Origin: a virus
Lineage: Duplodnaviria > Caudoviricetes
Direction: 5' to 3' (one strand)
Virus record (IMG/VR): IMGVR_UViG_3300036803_000063
Coordinates: 1 to 39,594 of that record
DNA: 39,594 nucleotides
The notes under the pieces were generated by a model. That model worked only from the letters and a program-made list of their open reading frames with translations. It made no database searches and was not told the origin of the DNA. Position numbers and translations under genes: made by a program. The stretch's first letter is position 1. The number at the start of each line of letters is the position of its first letter. Shown in pieces: positions 16,266 through 24,092 of the stretch.

Positions 16266-17179
16266 GAGGTCTCGATTACGCTGGAGGTATCCCGCCCGCC
16301 GCAGCTATCAGCGCGGCGGGCTACCGGTTTGTCGTGCGCTACCTCACCCCCGGCGGACCCGCACTACCTGGCAAGCTGCTCACCCGCGCCGAGTACGCCA
16401 GTCTCATCGCGGCCGGTGTCGCGGTCACCGTCAACTGGGAGACCAGCGCCATCCGAATGAAGGGCGGCCACGACGCTGGAGTGGCCGACGCCCGTGACGC
16501 CGACGCGGCAGCTCGCAAGATCGGACACCCCAGCAGCAAGCCCATCTACTTCTCGGCCGACTGGGATACCACCCCAGCCGACCAGATCGCTATCGACGCC
16601 TACCTGCGTGGCGCCGCCGAAGTACTAGGCCCCGACCGGGTCGGCGTCTACGGCAGCTACTACGTCGTCAAGCGATGCCTGGACAACGGAACCGCGCGTT
16701 GGGCGTGGCAAACCCTGGCCTGGTCCGGCGGACAGACCGACCCCCGCGCGCACATCTTCCAGCGCATCGGCACCGTGTTCATCGCCGGTGTCCCGTGCGA
16801 CATCAACGAGTCCAACGCTGACTATTTCGGCCAGCACGTCTACGCCCCTCCGGCCGCGTTAGGAGTCCTCGACATGCCAGCGGGTGAATGGGTTACCACT
16901 CCGACGCCGTCGAAACACAAAGTCACTTTCCCGGTCGGGCCGAAGGTGTCCAGTCTCGTCGACAAGGGCTGGCTGGGCATCGACCCCGACCAGGTAGCGA
17001 ACCTGAGCGTCACCGCCCGAGGCGGCGGCGCCGTGCTCGCCGCCTGGAATGAGACGGCCCCGGCTGACCGGCGCTGGTGGAAGGAACTGCCCGACGGCAC
17101 CGAGACGTGCACCGTGTTCATCTCCACCCCGCTGGTCGGTGTCGCGGGCTGGTGTCTTGAGCTTAAGGCCCGCGCATGA
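16262..17179 (+). CDS. Endolysin: DUF1906 (Rv2525c-like, GH25-related) glycoside hydrolase plus C-terminal domain
   Basis: GLDYA, GYRFVVRYL, KLLTRAEY, PIYFSADWD, VGVYG, WQTLAWSGG and CDIN motifs; GGAGG RBS; next to the holin. Confidence 0.9.
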   Translation: MRGLDYAGGIPPAAAISAAGYRFVVRYLTPGGPALPGKLLTRAEYASLIAAGVAVTVNWETSAIRMKGGHDAGVADARDADAAARKIGHPSSKPIYFSADWDTTPADQIAIDAYLRGAAEVLGPDRVGVYGSYYVVKRCLDNGTARWAWQTLAWSGGQTDPRAHIFQRIGTVFIAGVPCDINESNADYFGQHVYAPPAALGVLDMPAGEWVTTPTPSKHKVTFPVGPKVSSLVDKGWLGIDPDQVANLSVTARGGGAVLAAWNETAPADRRWWKELPDGTETCTVFISTPLVGVAGWCLELKARA

Positions 17180-17547
17180 GGTGGTTCGGTCGCGAGCCGG
17201 CGCAGTGGATCGGCCTACTCACTGGAATCGCGCTGCTCGCCGCACCACTACTGCCCTTGACCGACCTTCAGCATGGCGCGGTCAACGCCGCCCTGGTCGC
17301 CCTGGCCGGGTTCGCGACCGCCCTAGCGGTCTCTGGCGAGAAAGCCGCCCCCCTGGTCGCCGGCTTGATCAAAGCCGTGCTCGCTGTCGGGCTGGCATGG
17401 CACTTCGCGTTCTCTGCCGGTGCGCAGGCCGGAGTGATGGTTTTCGTCGAAGCTGCTGTGGCGTTCTACCTGCGTACTCAGGTGATCGCACCGGTAACCC
17501 CGGCGCCGGTGCCCGTGTTGGCCCACGGGGCGCACGAGGCGCCATGA
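17176..17547 (+). CDS. Holin (about 4 TM)
   Basis: MRWFGREPA start and C-terminal LRTQV-x-x-P, as seen in actinophage holins; ATGA-coupled to the lysin. Confidence 0.8.
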   Translation: MRWFGREPAQWIGLLTGIALLAAPLLPLTDLQHGAVNAALVALAGFATALAVSGEKAAPLVAGLIKAVLAVGLAWHFAFSAGAQAGVMVFVEAAVAFYLRTQVIAPVTPAPVPVLAHGAHEAP

Positions 17548-17903
17548 GCAATGTCCTCACTATCGACCAGGGCACTAACGAGATCGTGCAAATCACGCAC
17601 CTGGTTGGCGACGCGAAGCAGCCCCTCCCGATCGACGGCTGGGCGGTGCACGCCACAGCCCGCGCCGACTACGTACGGGGACCGATCATCGCTGAATGGC
17701 GCACCAATCCCACGGGCAGTGACGGTCTGGCCACGGCGTCCGGCCGCACGGTAGCCCTGAAGATCACCCCGGCGATGTCGGCGACCTGGACAGCGCGGCG
17801 CATCGTGCTCCAAGTCAAGATCACTGAACCGGGCGTGGATGGCCGAGTGGCCCGCCCCGGCGACCTGATACTGCTCATGACCCCCGACGCCGTCTCAACC
17901 TAG
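17544..17903 (+). CDS. Beta-sandwich adaptor-like virion protein (LtfC/BppU-N-like, 119 aa)
   Basis: ATGA overlap; LTIDQG...PLPIDGWAVHATAR...VALKITPAMSA pattern. Confidence 0.6.
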   Translation: MSNVLTIDQGTNEIVQITHLVGDAKQPLPIDGWAVHATARADYVRGPIIAEWRTNPTGSDGLATASGRTVALKITPAMSATWTARRIVLQVKITEPGVDGRVARPGDLILLMTPDAVST

Positions 17904-17911
17904 GAGTACAC

Positions 17912-18223
17912 ATGATCGACACCGCGCCGCGCCTGTACCGGGACTGGGTATGCGCCAAAGACTGCGGCAGTAATGCGCGCACATACGACGACAAACTGCC
18001 GCACCACCAGTGCAAGCGAATGGCTGGCCTCATGGTGCCGCTGATCCTCGCCGGAACGAAGGCGAAGGTCGAGCGCATTGAGCGCGGCGACTATGTCGGC
18101 ACCGACCTCGTGCAGCGCGACGCCGACGGCAAGGTGTGGATGTCGACGGTGGTCACCCGCGACGACGGGCAGGACTGCACCGCGTACGCCCCGTGCGCGA
18201 CAGCGACAGTGGAGAAAGGCTGA
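17912..18223 (+). CDS. Small Cys/His protein of the fibre module
   Basis: AGGAG RBS; CAKDC...HQC; C-terminus AYAPCATATV. Confidence 0.75.
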   Translation: MIDTAPRLYRDWVCAKDCGSNARTYDDKLPHHQCKRMAGLMVPLILAGTKAKVERIERGDYVGTDLVQRDADGKVWMSTVVTRDDGQDCTAYAPCATATVEKG

Positions 18224-18225
18224 CC

Positions 18226-18537
18226 ATGACCGAGCAGGAACGGCGGGAAGCGGTAGCGGCCGTACCCGCTCAAGAAAGGCACGTTGCTGGCGCGCAGCAG
18301 CGGGTCGACGGGGCCGCAGAAAAGGTGGAGAGGTTCACCACCCACCTGGAGAACATCAAGGCTGATCTGGTGGCGGCGAAAGAGAATCTTGCCGCTGAGC
18401 AGGAGACGCTGAAACAGGTCAAGGCGACAGCTGATCAGGTACTCGCCGAAGGGCCGGTCACCATCGGGGGCGAAGAAGTGAAGGCATACGCGGGTGTCGC
18501 ATCGGCGGCGGCTCAGGGTAAGGGTGGCGGTAACTGA
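18226..18537 (+). CDS. Coiled-coil protein of the fibre module (103 aa)
   Basis: AAAGG RBS before ATG 18226; heptad helix; C-terminus AYAGVASAAAQG. Confidence 0.7.
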   Translation: MTEQERREAVAAVPAQERHVAGAQQRVDGAAEKVERFTTHLENIKADLVAAKENLAAEQETLKQVKATADQVLAEGPVTIGGEEVKAYAGVASAAAQGKGGGN

Positions 18538-19010
18538 TGGCATGGTCAGCGAGCAAGATTTTCCGGGCTTACCTGGCGGACGTCCTGGACAACACGACCG
18601 CGCTCGATCTAGGGTCGGATGCTTTCAAGGCCGCGCTGTACAACAACACCGGCACTCCCGACGAGAACGTTACTTCGGCAAACAGCGCCTACAACGTCGG
18701 TCAGTGGGTCACCGCTAATGAGGTGTCGCAGGCTGTCCAGTGGCCTGCCGGCGGTGTCGCACTCGGCAGCCCGGTCCTCAACTCGGGCACGTCTGACGTG
18801 GTGTTCTTCGACGCCAACGACACCGCGTCCGGCTCAGCCGCGACCCTGGCCAACATCTTCGGGACCCTGATCTACGACACCACCGTATCTACTCCCGTGG
18901 CCAGCCAGGGGATCTGTTTCAACTACTACGGCGGTGTCAACAGCGTCACCAACGGCACGTTCACATCGGTGTGGAACGCGCTGGGCTTGCTGCGCATCAC
19001 GATCACCTAG
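18537..19010 (+). CDS. Small phage fibre subunit (157 aa)
   Basis: LDLGSDAFKAALY...NEVS...PAGGVAL...FFDAND...LIYD...GTFTSVWNALGL is a pattern I recall from small phage structural proteins that precede long repeat proteins. Confidence 0.7.
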   Translation: MAWSASKIFRAYLADVLDNTTALDLGSDAFKAALYNNTGTPDENVTSANSAYNVGQWVTANEVSQAVQWPAGGVALGSPVLNSGTSDVVFFDANDTASGSAATLANIFGTLIYDTTVSTPVASQGICFNYYGGVNSVTNGTFTSVWNALGLLRITIT

Positions 19011-19037
19011 GAGGAAGTGCTCTAAAGTTAGGAGTCG

Positions 19038-22000
19038 ATGTCAATGGCCATTGCCATCGACTTCACAAACAGCCCAAACGCGGTACCGGTAGCCGGTCAG
19101 GGCTCCGCTACAACCACAGCATTCACCCCGCAGGCCGGCGAATTAGTCGTCATCGTTGTCAATACCGGATGGTCGGCCGGCGGCACAGTCACCACCTCGA
19201 TCAGCGACTCGGGATCCCACACCTGGACTAAGAGCGTTACCGTCGCGGGCGTCGGCAGTCTCGGTGGCACGTCCACCATCTATACCTGCTACTTCGCCAC
19301 CTCTCCCGGCTCCATCACCGTCACCGTCACCACCGCAGGATGGGGATCTGGCGGTGGCGGCCTACACATTGACCCGTTCACGCTGTCCGGGTGCGCAGCC
19401 AGCCAGACCGGCGCCGCCACCGCGACGAACAAAGCGACCACCGGCACATCGTCCACCGTGGCGATCACAACCACGACGACCGGCTCATTCGTCATGGGCG
19501 CGATCAGTGAACCAACCGGCACCCGAACTTTCACGCCGAACGCGATCAGTCAAGTCGACAACACGTTCAATGACACCACCGATGTTTGTGTAATGCTCTG
19601 TTGGGACGCTAAGTCCCTTACCGGCACCCCAGGGTCAACGACTTTCGGTGGCACATGGAACACGTCGTGCGCATGGAACATCTGCGCCCTAGAGATCCTG
19701 CCCTCGACGTCCACATCGGCGTCCCCGACAGCTGGCAACGCGGCGGCATCCGCTGCGGCGAAAGACTCAACACCCGGGATCGCGCCCGCGTCCGGTGCGG
19801 GCGCGGCGAGCGTCGCAGCCCAGGCGCCCAGCGTCAGCGTCTTTGCCAGCGCCGGATGCGCCACCGCCAGCGCGACCGCCCAGGGCGCCACCGGGCAGGT
19901 AGCGGGCGCGGCCGGGGCCGGGAGTGCCAGCGGCGCGGCTCAAAACGCCAGCGCCACCACGAGCTCCACCCCGACAGCGGCCACCGGCACCGCAACAGCA
20001 CCCATTCCTGCCGCGAGCATCGCCGCCCCAGCGGGCGCTGGTGGTGCCAACGCGGCAGGACGGAGTCCCGTCGGACAGGTTGCCCCCGTCGCCGGGACAG
20101 GCGCCGCCAGCGGCACAGCGCAAACCCCCGGTGGCACCGCCACAGGCGCCGCCCGGGCGGCCAGCGCCACAGCAGCCGCCCAAAATCCTGGTAGCACCGT
20201 CGCGAACACTCCCCCGGCGGCCAGCGCCACAGCAGCCGCCCAAAACCCCGGCGCGAGCATCACCGCGCCGGCCGGGGCCGGGGCCGCCAACGCCAGCGCG
20301 AAGACGGCCACCGGATCTGCAGGCCCTAACGCAGGCACGGCGACCGCCAGCGGGACGGCGAACCCGCCGAGCTCGGCGAGTACAGCGACCGCGAGTACAG
20401 CGACCGCCAGCGGGACGGCGAACCCGCCGGGCTCGGCGAGCGCGACGACTGCCAGTGCGGCGACCGCCAGCGGGACGGCGAATCAGCCGAGCTCCGGGGT
20501 CACCGTCGTCTCCGGTGCGGGCACTGCCACCGGAATCGCGCCGGGACCATTCGGGGTCACCGCTGTCATCGGACTAGCCGGAACCGCCACCGCAAGTGCA
20601 GCCGCCCAGAACACCGCTGCCGGGGTTACCAGTGTCTCCGGTGCCGCAACGGCGGCTGGCACCGCCCAGGGCGCCAATACCGTGCTGGTGGCCACTCCGG
20701 GCACCGCCAGCGCCAACGCCAGCGGGCTGAACGCCGCCGGAGTCACCGCCGTCATCGGTGCCGCTGGAGTAGCCGGCGCCAACGCGGCCACGCCGACACC
20801 CAGCACGCGGATTCTCGCCTCCACACCCGCTGCAACGGGTATCGCCAGTGCACCCACCGTTGTGCCCTCGGTTGCGACGATCGCTGGGGCCGGGACCGCC
20901 AGTGGCGCGGCCGTCAACGCGACCGGGGTCACCGCTGTCACCGGCGCCGCCGGAGTCGCGACAGCGACCGCCAGCGCACCCACTGCCATGCCGGCCGTCG
21001 CGGGGACATCAGGCGTAGGTACCGCCATCGGAACGGTGACCACACCCAGTGTCAGCGTCACCTCGACCGCAGGCACGGCGGCAGCTACCGCCACCGCGAG
21101 CACGCCGACCGCCACAGTCACCGTCGGGGCCGGGGTCGCCTCGGCCAGCGCGACAGGCAACGTCGCGGCCAGCAACATCGCACCCACGCCAGGGGTCGCT
21201 GCCGGCACTGGCATCGCGCCAACCCCCCTGGCGGGCACCGCTAATGTGGCGTTCGGTCAGGCCGGCGTCGCCTCGGCCAGCGCCACCGTACCCAGTCCCA
21301 GCGTCGCGATCACCAACGCTCCGGGGGTCGCACTAAGTGCGGCGGCAGCGGGCAACACCACCGCTGAGATCATTACCCACGCGGGGATCGCCAGTGCCAG
21401 CATCACCGCCCCATCGCCAGCCGTGCACTTGGCGGCCCAGGCGCAGGGCGCTACCGCGACCGGGACCGCACCGACACCCGGCGGTACCGGGATCGGTCAT
21501 GCCGGGATTGCCAGCGCGTCAGCTGCCGCTCTCCCGTCGAACGCTCACCTACTGGCCGTATCCGGCACTGGCGCGGCCGGTGCGACGGTGCCGGGCGCCA
21601 CGGGCGCGGTTGCCCCCCGTGCAGGCGTCGGTGCGGCCAGCGGAGCGGCGAAAAATGCGACCCCCATCGGGACCACCAGCGCCGGGATTGCCACGGCCAG
21701 CGCGGTCATATTCGATCCGACGCCCAGCGTGCGAGCTGTCCCGTCGGTCGCTGCGGCAACCGTCAGTGCCTCGGACTCCTCTGTCGACGTGGCCGCGCGC
21801 GCCCGGGTCGCCGCAGCCCTCGCCGCAGCCCTCGATGCAGTCGGTCGCCATAGTCTCGGCAAGACCGACGCCGGCAAGGTCACCGGCACGGTGGTCCTGA
21901 TCGCCGTGGCCGCCGCTACCGCCAGCGTCACCCAGACAACAGCGGGCAACGGCATACGGACGAAAACGGCGACGGGCAACGTTACGCGCGCCAAAACAGC

Positions 22001-22049
22001 GGCCGGCGACGTGACTGTGTCGCGGGCCGCTGTCGGGTCAGTCAGTTAG
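19038..22049 (+). CDS. Long fibre protein: ~225-aa beta domain plus ~35 20-aa Ala/Thr/Gly/Ser repeats
   Basis: AGGAG RBS (start 19038 or 19044); strict 20-residue periodicity. Confidence 0.8.
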   Translation: MSMAIAIDFTNSPNAVPVAGQGSATTTAFTPQAGELVVIVVNTGWSAGGTVTTSISDSGSHTWTKSVTVAGVGSLGGTSTIYTCYFATSPGSITVTVTTAGWGSGGGGLHIDPFTLSGCAASQTGAATATNKATTGTSSTVAITTTTTGSFVMGAISEPTGTRTFTPNAISQVDNTFNDTTDVCVMLCWDAKSLTGTPGSTTFGGTWNTSCAWNICALEILPSTSTSASPTAGNAAASAAAKDSTPGIAPASGAGAASVAAQAPSVSVFASAGCATASATAQGATGQVAGAAGAGSASGAAQNASATTSSTPTAATGTATAPIPAASIAAPAGAGGANAAGRSPVGQVAPVAGTGAASGTAQTPGGTATGAARAASATAAAQNPGSTVANTPPAASATAAAQNPGASITAPAGAGAANASAKTATGSAGPNAGTATASGTANPPSSASTATASTATASGTANPPGSASATTASAATASGTANQPSSGVTVVSGAGTATGIAPGPFGVTAVIGLAGTATASAAAQNTAAGVTSVSGAATAAGTAQGANTVLVATPGTASANASGLNAAGVTAVIGAAGVAGANAATPTPSTRILASTPAATGIASAPTVVPSVATIAGAGTASGAAVNATGVTAVTGAAGVATATASAPTAMPAVAGTSGVGTAIGTVTTPSVSVTSTAGTAAATATASTPTATVTVGAGVASASATGNVAASNIAPTPGVAAGTGIAPTPLAGTANVAFGQAGVASASATVPSPSVAITNAPGVALSAAAAGNTTAEIITHAGIASASITAPSPAVHLAAQAQGATATGTAPTPGGTGIGHAGIASASAAALPSNAHLLAVSGTGAAGATVPGATGAVAPRAGVGAASGAAKNATPIGTTSAGIATASAVIFDPTPSVRAVPSVAAATVSASDSSVDVAARARVAAALAAALDAVGRHSLGKTDAGKVTGTVVLIAVAAATASVTQTTAGNGIRTKTATGNVTRAKTAAGDVTVSRAAVGSVS
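19725..21855 (+). repeat. Degenerate 60-bp coding tandem repeat (~35 units)
   Basis: CGACCGCCAGCGGGACGGCGAA at 20341, 20401 and 20461; CCAGCGCCACAGCAGCCGCCCAAAA at 20161 and 20221. Confidence 0.85.
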
Positions 22050-22651
22050 ACGATGTCTGGTGTGACCTCGCCGGACATGTCGGCGCCCTCGTGCGTACGG
22101 ATCCACTCATCCCGGTGCGCGAGGATGTACGCGCGCACCGTTGGCCAGTGGTACAGCTTGCGCGGCGTCGGCGAACCGACCTCCATCAACGCGGCCGGCT
22201 CCGGGAAGCGCACGTCGGTCTTCCAACGGTGGAAGGTAGTCAGCGGGACTTCCGGGCCACCTGTTGCGGCCGTCACCCGACACAGGCCCCGCAGGGTGGC
22301 GAACTGCCCCCGCGCGGCCTCCTCCTCGGTATTGACGATCGGCAGGTCCTTGTACCGCTTACGGACCTCCCACGTCCTGCCCACCTGCTCGTGGTAGGCA
22401 CCCACTTGCTCGGCCGACCAGTAGGGCACGCCGTCGTAGTTCCACTTCGGCCGGGCTAGTGCCTGCATCCGGGAGGTGGGGCCGGTCGTGGCTGTCGACC
22501 ACATGGCGGCTTGTACGGTGGCCGCCTTTAGTCCCGTCATCTCCGCCACCCGACCGAGCGGCAACATCAAGGCGGTGAGCTCACTCACCTTGGTCGCTTC
22601 CCGCTGCCACAGCGGCACGTAGGTCTCGTCATTAGTAGCGGCCATGGTCAT
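22046..22651 (-). CDS. Putative DNA-binding protein with two AlpA/Xis-like winged-helix units
   Basis: LGRVAEMTGLKAATVQ...P...DGVPYWSAEQV and LTTFHRWKTDVRFPEP...RKLYHWPTVRAY. Confidence 0.6.
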   Translation of the reverse strand: MTMAATNDETYVPLWQREATKVSELTALMLPLGRVAEMTGLKAATVQAAMWSTATTGPTSRMQALARPKWNYDGVPYWSAEQVGAYHEQVGRTWEVRKRYKDLPIVNTEEEAARGQFATLRGLCRVTAATGGPEVPLTTFHRWKTDVRFPEPAALMEVGSPTPRKLYHWPTVRAYILAHRDEWIRTHEGADMSGEVTPDIV

Positions 22652-23043
22652 GACCCCGCCTCCTCGTGCAAACGCCTGCTCTCAAGCGCGGCTGAACACA
22701 GCGCCAGCCCCGCGTGCCAGGCCATGTCGGAATTGGTCAGGCCGGCGGCGATCGCCGCCCCGCCCCGGTGCACATTGACACTCACCGCCCCGGATCGCGC
22801 CGTAATCGACATCACGGCGCCCGGAGTCTCGGGCGTGTCTTGCTCTATTCGGTAGCGCGCGAACTGGGCCAACGACTCATCGTAGGTCGGTATCACCAGG
22901 GCGCCTGGATTACCGGCCTTGGTAACCGCATCGACCACGGCGCCGATGTCGATGACCGGCTCAGAGACGCCGCCGATGTCGATGCGCGGTGACGAGTCGA
23001 TCACCTCACGCGCGGCGATGATAGCTGCTGAACGATCAAACAA
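22648..23043 (-). CDS. Hypothetical protein (TTG start at 23043 preferred over 23070)
   Basis: AGGAG just upstream of an in-frame TTG; the GTG at 23070 lies inside the promoter motif; ATGA-coupled to the next gene. Confidence 0.65.
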   Translation of the reverse strand: MFDRSAAIIAAREVIDSSPRIDIGGVSEPVIDIGAVVDAVTKAGNPGALVIPTYDESLAQFARYRIEQDTPETPGAVMSITARSGAVSVNVHRGGAAIAAGLTNSDMAWHAGLALCSAALESRRLHEEAGS

Positions 23044-23060
23044 AGGGTCTCCTAAGGTCG

Positions 23061-23084
23061 AACGGAACACCAGCGATCATACCA
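23061..23084 (-). promoter_or_regulatory. Early-type promoter TGG-TATGAT-N6-TGTTCCGTT
   Basis: Repeated motif, see 29747, 33766, 38268 and 39551. Confidence 0.65.
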
Positions 23085-23156
23085 GAGGGTGATCGCGACG
23101 ACGGGGGCCCCGACCAGGAGTAACGTCGCCTCCCAGCCGGAACCCCCATCACCCTA

Positions 23157-23852
23157 CTACGCGGTAGCCAGTCGGCGAGCCGTTCGCGCGAGCGGTGACT
23201 TTTTGACGTCCCTCCGCCACGCCGGGTACTGCTCACCGAACACCTGTGACACCCGGCCCTCGACCATCTTCAGCATGTAGCCGCCCGAGGTCATCGTAAA
23301 CGGCGCCTTGCAACGGTTGAGGTAGTCGAAGTCGCGCTTAGCGGCCGGGTCGAACCACGCGGACGTGACGAAGTTGCTCACCGCCACCGGCTTGCCGTCA
23401 ACCAGAATCGAGTAAGAGTCATTCTCCACCGGATCACCGAGCTCCAGAGCGACCGCCCACGCGCCGTCGACATCCACCCAGCGGTTGCATGCCGCGTCCC
23501 CGAAGGTCTCCAGCACCTCATGCGACAGCGTCGCCGACACCGAGTACTGCCCGGACAGGGAACCTCCCCCGTTGTCCAGGATCACCCCGGCGAACACCCG
23601 GCCGTAGACGACACCGGTGTTCGGGTCTTCGGTGTGCCAACCCAGCACGCCGGGCTGGTCCGAAGTGTCGAAAATGCCGATCACCTGCGAGCCGGGAGGG
23701 GCCGAGTGCTCATCCGCTGCATAGACGACGGGGCGCGGCGCCAACCCGTGCGCGGGGGCAGCGTGCCACCACAGCTGACTGGCGCAGGCCCGGGTCATCA
23801 GCTGCACGTCTGCGTTACTGACACGCTTCGAGTGGTTCACAACCGTGATCAA
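23157..23852 (-). CDS. Zinc metallopeptidase-like protein (HExxE)
   Basis: LGWH, TLSHEVLETFGD, ELGDPVE and VSNFVTSAWF motifs; AGGAG RBS. Confidence 0.7.
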   Translation of the reverse strand: MITVVNHSKRVSNADVQLMTRACASQLWWHAAPAHGLAPRPVVYAADEHSAPPGSQVIGIFDTSDQPGVLGWHTEDPNTGVVYGRVFAGVILDNGGGSLSGQYSVSATLSHEVLETFGDAACNRWVDVDGAWAVALELGDPVENDSYSILVDGKPVAVSNFVTSAWFDPAAKRDFDYLNRCKAPFTMTSGGYMLKMVEGRVSQVFGEQYPAWRRDVKKSPLARTARRLATA

Positions 23853-23900
23853 AGTTCATCTCCTATCGCGAGGCTTGCTATAGCGAATACGGTGGCCACC

Positions 23901-24092
23901 ATGCCCCTTACGCAAGATGGCTACGTCGAAGGCGCGCCGCACGGGACGTTGGCGGGCCTCCTCCAATGGAAGTGCCAGTGCGTGTGCTGCACGGCGGCAG
24001 GCAAGGCCCGCACACTGAACAGTCAGATCCTGCCGGCTACGCCGAAATCACCCGCACTGGAGGCCGCGCCTTCACCCCCAGAGCCGGAATAA
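23901..24092 (+). CDS. Small HGT...CxCxxC zinc-binding protein (63 aa)
   Basis: PHGTLAGLLQWKCQCVCCTAA; TACGGT-N7-ATG leaderless layout; 3' end overlaps the terL 3' end. Confidence 0.5.
   Translation: MPLTQDGYVEGAPHGTLAGLLQWKCQCVCCTAAGKARTLNSQILPATPKSPALEAAPSPPEPE

Noticed and set aside
17049-17543. N-terminal extensions in the ORF track (17049, 13213, 14943, 18136, 26766, 30298, 31957)
   Set aside because: They overlap upstream genes; RBS or stop-start coupling supports the shorter starts reported
19725-21855. CRISPR-like array in the 60-bp periodic region
   Set aside because: The repeats are degenerate, in frame and coding, with no unique spacers; the Cas4-like gene is a common stand-alone phage nuclease
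23086-23155. 8-bp inverted repeat AGGGTGAT/ATCACCCT with an inner GCGACG/CGTCGC stem
   Set aside because: It could be a terminator for the peptidase gene, but the pairing is too interrupted to call
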